A stretch of 54,394 bases of DNA, counting the filler, from Jimgerdemannia flammicorona (lineage: Eukaryota): NCBI GenBank assembly GCA_003990765.1. It is 3 parts of 3 records of this genome, joined end to end, with 100 filler letters (N's around TTAATTAATTAA, not from the genome) between each part and the next. Parts side by side here need not be neighbours in the genome. Positions count along the whole stretch, not along the records: positions 36,337 to 54,394 come from RBNJ01002316.1; 2 more parts are not named here. One strand, 5' to 3'. The notes under the pieces are model-generated. The model was not told the DNA's origin and searched no databases. It saw nothing but the letters and a program-made list of their open reading frames with translations. Each line of letters opens with the position of its first letter. Positions within the stretch are counted from its first letter, which is position 1. Position numbers and translations under genes: made by a program. Below are positions 49,339 to 54,394 of this stretch, piece by piece.

Positions 49339-51324
49339 ACAGCACACAAGCTGCTCATCGAGAGCCAAAGGGGTGACGGTGGTGGCGGTGGCGGTGGCGA
49401 TAGCGATGGCGATGGCGGGGATGAGGGAGAATTCTGGCAACAACTCATGGCGGCCCTTCGGACCTCGGAATTCACAGACCTCACAGCTATGTACGCAGCA
49501 GCCTTTTTGGAGCAGCCAATAGTAGATATAGGTTGCTCACTTGACTGCCACTTGTTTACTTGTGTTTATTTATTTAAACTTCCCCAACACGACCCAATTC
49601 ACCTCGTGCTTTTCTCAGGGTCCACAGCTCTACGGCGAGATCTGCCGACTTTATTCGCAACATCTGGTCAAGATGAAGAAAGACTGGCGGACATTGTGGG
49701 GCATACCTTTGGTGGCTGAGCTGTTGAGTCAATGCATCGCGTGGCAGAGGTCTCAAAAGGAACAGAAGCAAGCCTTCGTGAGCAATTCTTGTGCAACTTG
49801 TGCAACTCGTCGGTGTGCAACTCATCGGCATGTAACTCGTCGGTATGCAGCTCACTCACTCGCGCTCTTTTTCTGAAATACCCATCTCCGTATTTTATTT
49901 AATTTCATTTTTACGTGGTCTCCCCCTAAAAAATACCCACACCCGCATGCAACCCACATGCAACCCGTCCACATGCAACCCGCCTGCCCACATGCAACCC
50001 GCCCGCATGCAACCCGCCTGCAATCTACCCGCACGCAATCCGCCCACACGCAACCCATCCGCATACTTATCTTGGTCCCTCAGATCAGGGCTCAGTTCCA
50101 GTGGAAAGGAGAGTTCAAAGTTACCCGAGTTCAACCTTGTCCGGCGTCTGATCAAATAGAGAAATTCGAGGGCAAGATGTTCAGCATGAGCAGTACCAGT
50201 ATCGTCATCAAGGCTTGGGGGTCTATATTCGAATCAGAGCCAATCGTACTCGACCAAGGGGTCCATTGGCCAGCAGGAGTAACCAATGATGAAGAGAACC
50301 ATATCTTTATTAATGAACGTGGAGAGGTGGTTGCGATGGTGGTAAGGAATCTCTATGATGATGAGCTTTGCCGCCACATCAACGAGATTTGTGAGGATTG
50401 CATCAAATACCGGGTGGCAGGGAAGAGGGGGCGAAAAAAGCAAGGAGGGGGGGTTTGGACGGGAATTGGGTATACTGCAATACTGGCAAAGGGTGGGTTC
50501 CGAAATCCCCCGCACTCGTCTCCCTTTTTTTTTAACCCCTCCCCAGATAAATCACACTCTTCGCTGATATACTCTTTTTGATACAATTCCAGAGATGCAC
50601 AAGATTCTGTACCCCTACCAGAACTTTAGAAGTGCTGTCGAAGAGCAAACTGTACGTGAGCATAACATGGCCTGTGCGGCAATGGTGGCTATGATCTGGG
50701 GTTCTTTGAGCAGATTGGTAGAGTGTACGGCAGGCCAGCTTGGTGGTGATCTCAGCATGGCTGTACATATGTTCTTGGTGCAATTTAGCATACCGTATGA
50801 GATGAGGAGCTCTGCTTTTTTGGGGTGCTGCAGTCTGGGGGGTTTCTGCGGCCCGGGGGGTTTCTGCCCCCCGAACGCAAAAAGGACTGACCAGTTGCCA
50901 TCCGTTTTGGCAGGTTTTCAAGCCGGGGCTCCCGGGACTGGACCAAGGGCAGGCATCCACCAGCACAGCCTGGCAGTATGAGGTCCTGGGCCAAGGGTTC
51001 ACCCAACCATACGCTCGCGTCACATCAGGATATATTGGGCGCAACCTTTCTCTGCCCATACACACAGATAACAACGTCACCCCGGTAATGTTTTACATCC
51101 CGGAAAGGAAGGGCCCAACCTGGGAGGACAGCAGCGGAGTCTGGTACGACCTCACCTACGGTTTCGGGGTCCTATTTGCAGCCAACACGGCCGTCCTATT
51201 CCAACCACATGACCACCACGGCACCATTGCCTTCAAGGAGAGCTCGGATACAACAGTCGTCGCACTCACAACAGATGACAGGCTCATTAAGGCCTGGGAC
51301 CGGTGGGTGGAGCAGTTTTTGTGA
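49339..51324 (+). CDS. 2-oxoglutarate/Fe(II) dioxygenase, TET/JBP-like, spliced, carried inside the hAT element
   Basis: Phase-consistent GT-AG exons 49339-49521, 49619-49777, 50084-50492, 50593-50717, (optional 6-nt exon 50789-50794) and 50914-51324 give an uninterrupted frame. That is 392 aa from Met 49447, and the true start may be upstream. Motifs: IFINERGEVVAMVVRNLY, KRG...GIGY, N-LSLP-I-HTD-NN (HxD), GVWYDLTYGFGV...AVLFQPHDHHGT (distal His). The usual 2OG-binding Arg after the distal His is not evident. Confidence 0.68.
49790..50064. repeat. Two intronic minisatellite arrays built on TGCAAC(T/C)CG
   Basis: tgcaactcgtcgg units at 49790-49860 and catgcaacccgcc units at 49940-50064, inside intron 49778-50083. 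Confidence 0.85.
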
Positions 51325-51604
51325 GGGTTAGGCAATCTTTCGTGAGGGTTAGGCAGCCATTTTGTATGGGTTGGGCAGTCTTATGTGGGAGGGTTGGGCC
51401 GGGCGCCTCTTATATAGCACTAGCTTAGCTGTTATGCAGGGCTCTACTGGCCCCTCGGCCCTACTCTGTAGTGCCGCCAGTGCGGCGCTGCGGTACAGGG
51501 CCGGGGTGCCCGTGGGACCCGAACCGGTGACTTCGACTGCCGGAAACGCCCTCCGACCACCAGAAGCACCCTCTGACCACCAGAAGCACCCTCCACCCTG
51601 GACT

Positions 51605-51955
51605 CCTTGGTGGCTTGGGGCTGCCCCTATGCCGCTGGCGGAGGGCCACAAATTTTGTGCGCTCCCTCCGCCTGCCCCGCCCGCCAACTGACCCCGCCCA
51701 CTGACCTGGGCACTGACAGCTTGGGGCTGCCCCTCACTGCTGGTGGAGGGCCGCAAATTTTGTGCGCTCCCTCTGCCTCCCCCCCCAACCCAGATACTTG
51801 TGGCTTGGGGCTGCCCCTTGCTGCTGGCGGAGGGCCACAAATTTTGCGCGCTCCCTCTACCGACCTGCCCACCGACCTGCCCACCGATCCACCCACCGAC
51901 CCAGGCACTGGCAGCTTGGGGCTGCCAACCCTGCCCCACTTTGGCCACAAACTCT
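51605..51955. repeat. GC-rich ~90-110-bp tandem repeat (~3.5 copies) between the convergent dioxygenase and transposase genes
   Basis: Repeated gcttggggctgcccc...gctggcggagggccacaaattttgtgcgctccct. Confidence 0.85.
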
Positions 51956-52049
51956 GGGCCGAGTCCTCAGGTTTTTTTCCTTTTTATTAATTTGAAAGGT
52001 ATTAAATATTCCACAAGGCCAATCAACTTATCTGCGGACCCACGGAATT

Positions 52050-54394
52050 TTAGTGGCCCGAGCCCCACCAAGACTTCAGACACATACATGCCCGGATTGT
52101 CTCAGAATTCAGCACACACCTCTTTAGGGCAACAAGGTCCACCCTACCTGAGAACACCCGCTCGATGGGAGCGCTGGAGGCAGAAATTGCCAGATAGTCC
52201 CGAGCCATACCACACAGGCTGGGGAAGTCCATTTGACACAGCTGCACACCCCGGTGGGTAGAGTAGAGCGGTGGTTAGATTGGTGGGTTAAATTGGCCCA
52301 ATGCCCGCCAGACAACCCACCTTCCACCAGTTGAGCACCTCCATGCCCTTCAGCAGGACCACGCAGTCGCTGGCAAGGTAAATGGTAAGTTCGTCTATTG
52401 ACGGCAGCTCTTCCACTGACGGCTCCCTCTTCCTCTTTCTGCTGAAGTAAATGTGGGACAGGAGGGATCCCTTGGCATATTCGTCTGGACTTCAGCCAGA
52501 ACCTTGCGGCAGTGCATAGTTTTTCCAGTACACTTCAATTATGGCCTGCTTGGTTCTCTCAATGAAGTGCTGCTCCCAGCCCTGATCTTTATGATATTGT
52601 AGCTTTAAGCGTGGGTCCAGCACTGTTCGAAGAAAAGGAGAGTGAGTTTTTGCAGGGTTTCCTCTGTTTTGGAAGGGGCAATGGCCACATGCCGACATTG
52701 ACATACCTGTACTGATTGAGTATACAGCAGTATCTGTTTGGGTGTAGTATTTTCTAAGCTTGCTTAGAGCAACCACCATGGTGTCTCTCTGATCCGGGCT
52801 TAACTGTAAATCACCACAACCCTCCAGCCTGTCCTCGAGCTTGTCCTCTAGTCAGTCAATCAGAAGGTTGTATACCGGTATCGCAGAGCTTATTGTCGGG
52901 GTCATTTGTTTGACTATATCCTTTGTACAATCGTCGAAACACTGACAGTTATATGTGGTGAGGTGTTGCACTGTGCAGAGGTAGACCAAATGAGTGTGGA
53001 GCCAGGGCAACCACCACTTACTTCCAAAACTCTGACAACATTCCTAAGTACGTCCCACTTGCTTTCACCTAGAGCCTCAGCCTGTATTTCCTTGTCGGTA
53101 GCCATCGTTGAATCTATTGGCTTTTTTTTTTTTTTAAAAATAAATCTTCCATCATCCGAAACAGTTGCTTCAGCCGACCAAAGAAAAAAAGGATGCATAC
53201 CACAGCAAACTCCAGCGCACGCTGGATCATTGCAAATGTTGAGTTCCAATGCATACAGACATCCAATATAAGCTCTTTTGGGGCTAAACTGATTGCCCTA
53301 TACTGCGCAGCGAATTTGTCTCGTCATTGTGAGGATGATTGGACCGACACAACCAGTTTGTGCAGCTTGGAAATTATACTCAGGGCCCCTCCTCTCTCAG
53401 ATGTTTTGTCTATGTGCATAAGATAGTCCTGAACAGCGAGGTTCAGTACGTGGGCCTGGCATCACACATGACAGCTTTCTGCACTGAAGGCCACGTTTTC
53501 CTATTTGAGACTGGCCACTAAACTTTGGAAAAATGTTGAGTTGTTTGTGACATTGTCCGTCGTAATGGCCAAAATCTGTACTTGAAATATTTGGTTGACA
53601 AATTTATATGAAAATAAGTAACCAATAAAATCTGGTTTGGTTTAGGACCTCCCTCAAAACGCCGACCTGATGGTAAGCCCCCCTTTTTTACCTTGGTGGT
53701 GATCCCAAACTCCCGGATACAACTAATAAAAGTATCTGCGATGTTGTCTCCAGAATGAGGGCCAGCAAGTTTGACGAAGTCAAGGGTGAGAGATTTAAGC
53801 TGCCAATCGAGATCAATCTAATGACCAGTAATGCCCAGAAATGAAATTGCATTGGGGGATGTCCATGTGTCGATCGTAAATGAAATTTTGCCTGCCGAAT
53901 TCTGCTTATTGAATGTGAGATTAAATTGGTGAGCTCTTTTGTATAATTCAGCTTGCAAAGGTCATGGTGCTGCCCTTATTTTACCTGAAGTATCTGGCGG
54001 AGATTATCATGCTCCTTCCTATAGGCCTCCAGGACATCTTTGCGAATAGTATCAGTACTTGGCAAATATAAATCATGCTTGAGGAGGCCAAAGATGCTAT
54101 GCAATTGATCACTCTCGATGGTTGTGAATGGCTGGTCTGTGCACACAATCCAGCGAACGAGCCGATTTCGAAATTCTGCCGAAGAGTATGGCTAAAATTT
54201 TTGATTAAATGGCGTTGTTGGTACAGAAATGGTCAGGCAATCAGATAAACGTACCCACCACAGCTTGGATGTCGATTTTATTTGTCTCCATGTTCTTTTT
54301 GATTTTGTCAGAGTGCTTGTCTTTTATGTGTCGATTCATGTTCGAAGTCGTACCCCCAAGCATTTTGAACTTCTGGCTGGTGCAGTTCATGGGG
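52050..54394 (-). pseudogene. hAT transposase (partial BED finger, DDE core, C-terminal dimerisation domain), multi-exon, with premature stops
   Basis: C...GTTSNMNRHIKDKH (BED), DQPFTTIES, SFTIDTWTS, GPHSG, ITTDN, CQAHVLNL, LDVCMHWNST (xTRWNST), LDPRLK, MARDYLAISASSAPIERVFS. Stops arise at TGG>TAG, CAG>TAG and CGA>TGA positions. Confidence 0.93.

Larger units (their letters stand above)
48841..54394 (-). mobile_element. Large hAT DNA transposon carrying a cargo gene; the other terminus lies beyond the contig end
   Basis: Terminus TAGTGCTCC at 48841 matches the MITE termini once TG>TA is reversed. It is followed by subterminal GGATTGATCCATCC repeats and cuts the Ngaro remnant abruptly. The hAT transposase lies at 52050-54394. 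Continuity from this terminus to the transposase is inferred. Confidence 0.75.

Noticed and set aside
51349..52261. Several overlapping 100-200-aa ORFs on both strands
   Set aside because: They arise from a GC-rich tandem repeat and the antisense of the transposase end; no domain signal.

Overview
Eukaryotic, intron-rich, transposon-dense DNA. It is most likely fungal, and the Crinkler gene and secreted LysM protein suggest an early-diverging lineage (inference only). The window is not one locus. It is three contigs of 18,073, 18,063 and 18,058 bp joined by identical artificial 100-bp linkers (44 N + TTAATTAATTAA + 44 N). Contig 1 (1-18073) holds a multi-exon Crinkler-type NTPase/nuclease gene with a 1-nt frameshift, a decayed Ngaro/DIRS tyrosine-recombinase retrotransposon, a short LINE 3' fragment with a target-site duplication (TSD), and a near-complete L1/Tx1-like LINE. 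Contig 2 (18174-36236) holds a secreted LysM gene with a KPPKKG repeat tail and a five-layer retroelement nest, in which a ~2-kb LTR family has twice inserted into itself. Contig 3 (36337-54394) holds rearranged paralogues of an unknown membrane-protein gene, a MIR-domain pseudogene, a Tc1/mariner element, a poly(A) retroposon, two hAT MITEs, the 3' end of an Ngaro element, and a large hAT transposon. The most notable feature is that this hAT element carries a spliced, apparently intact gene for a 2OG/Fe(II) dioxygenase with TET/JBP-like motifs. The surrounding repeats show strong CpG and CpA C-to-T hypermutation. The pairing is a candidate transposon-encoded anti-silencing or DNA-modification system. 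All family assignments come from motif recognition by eye; no searches were run.
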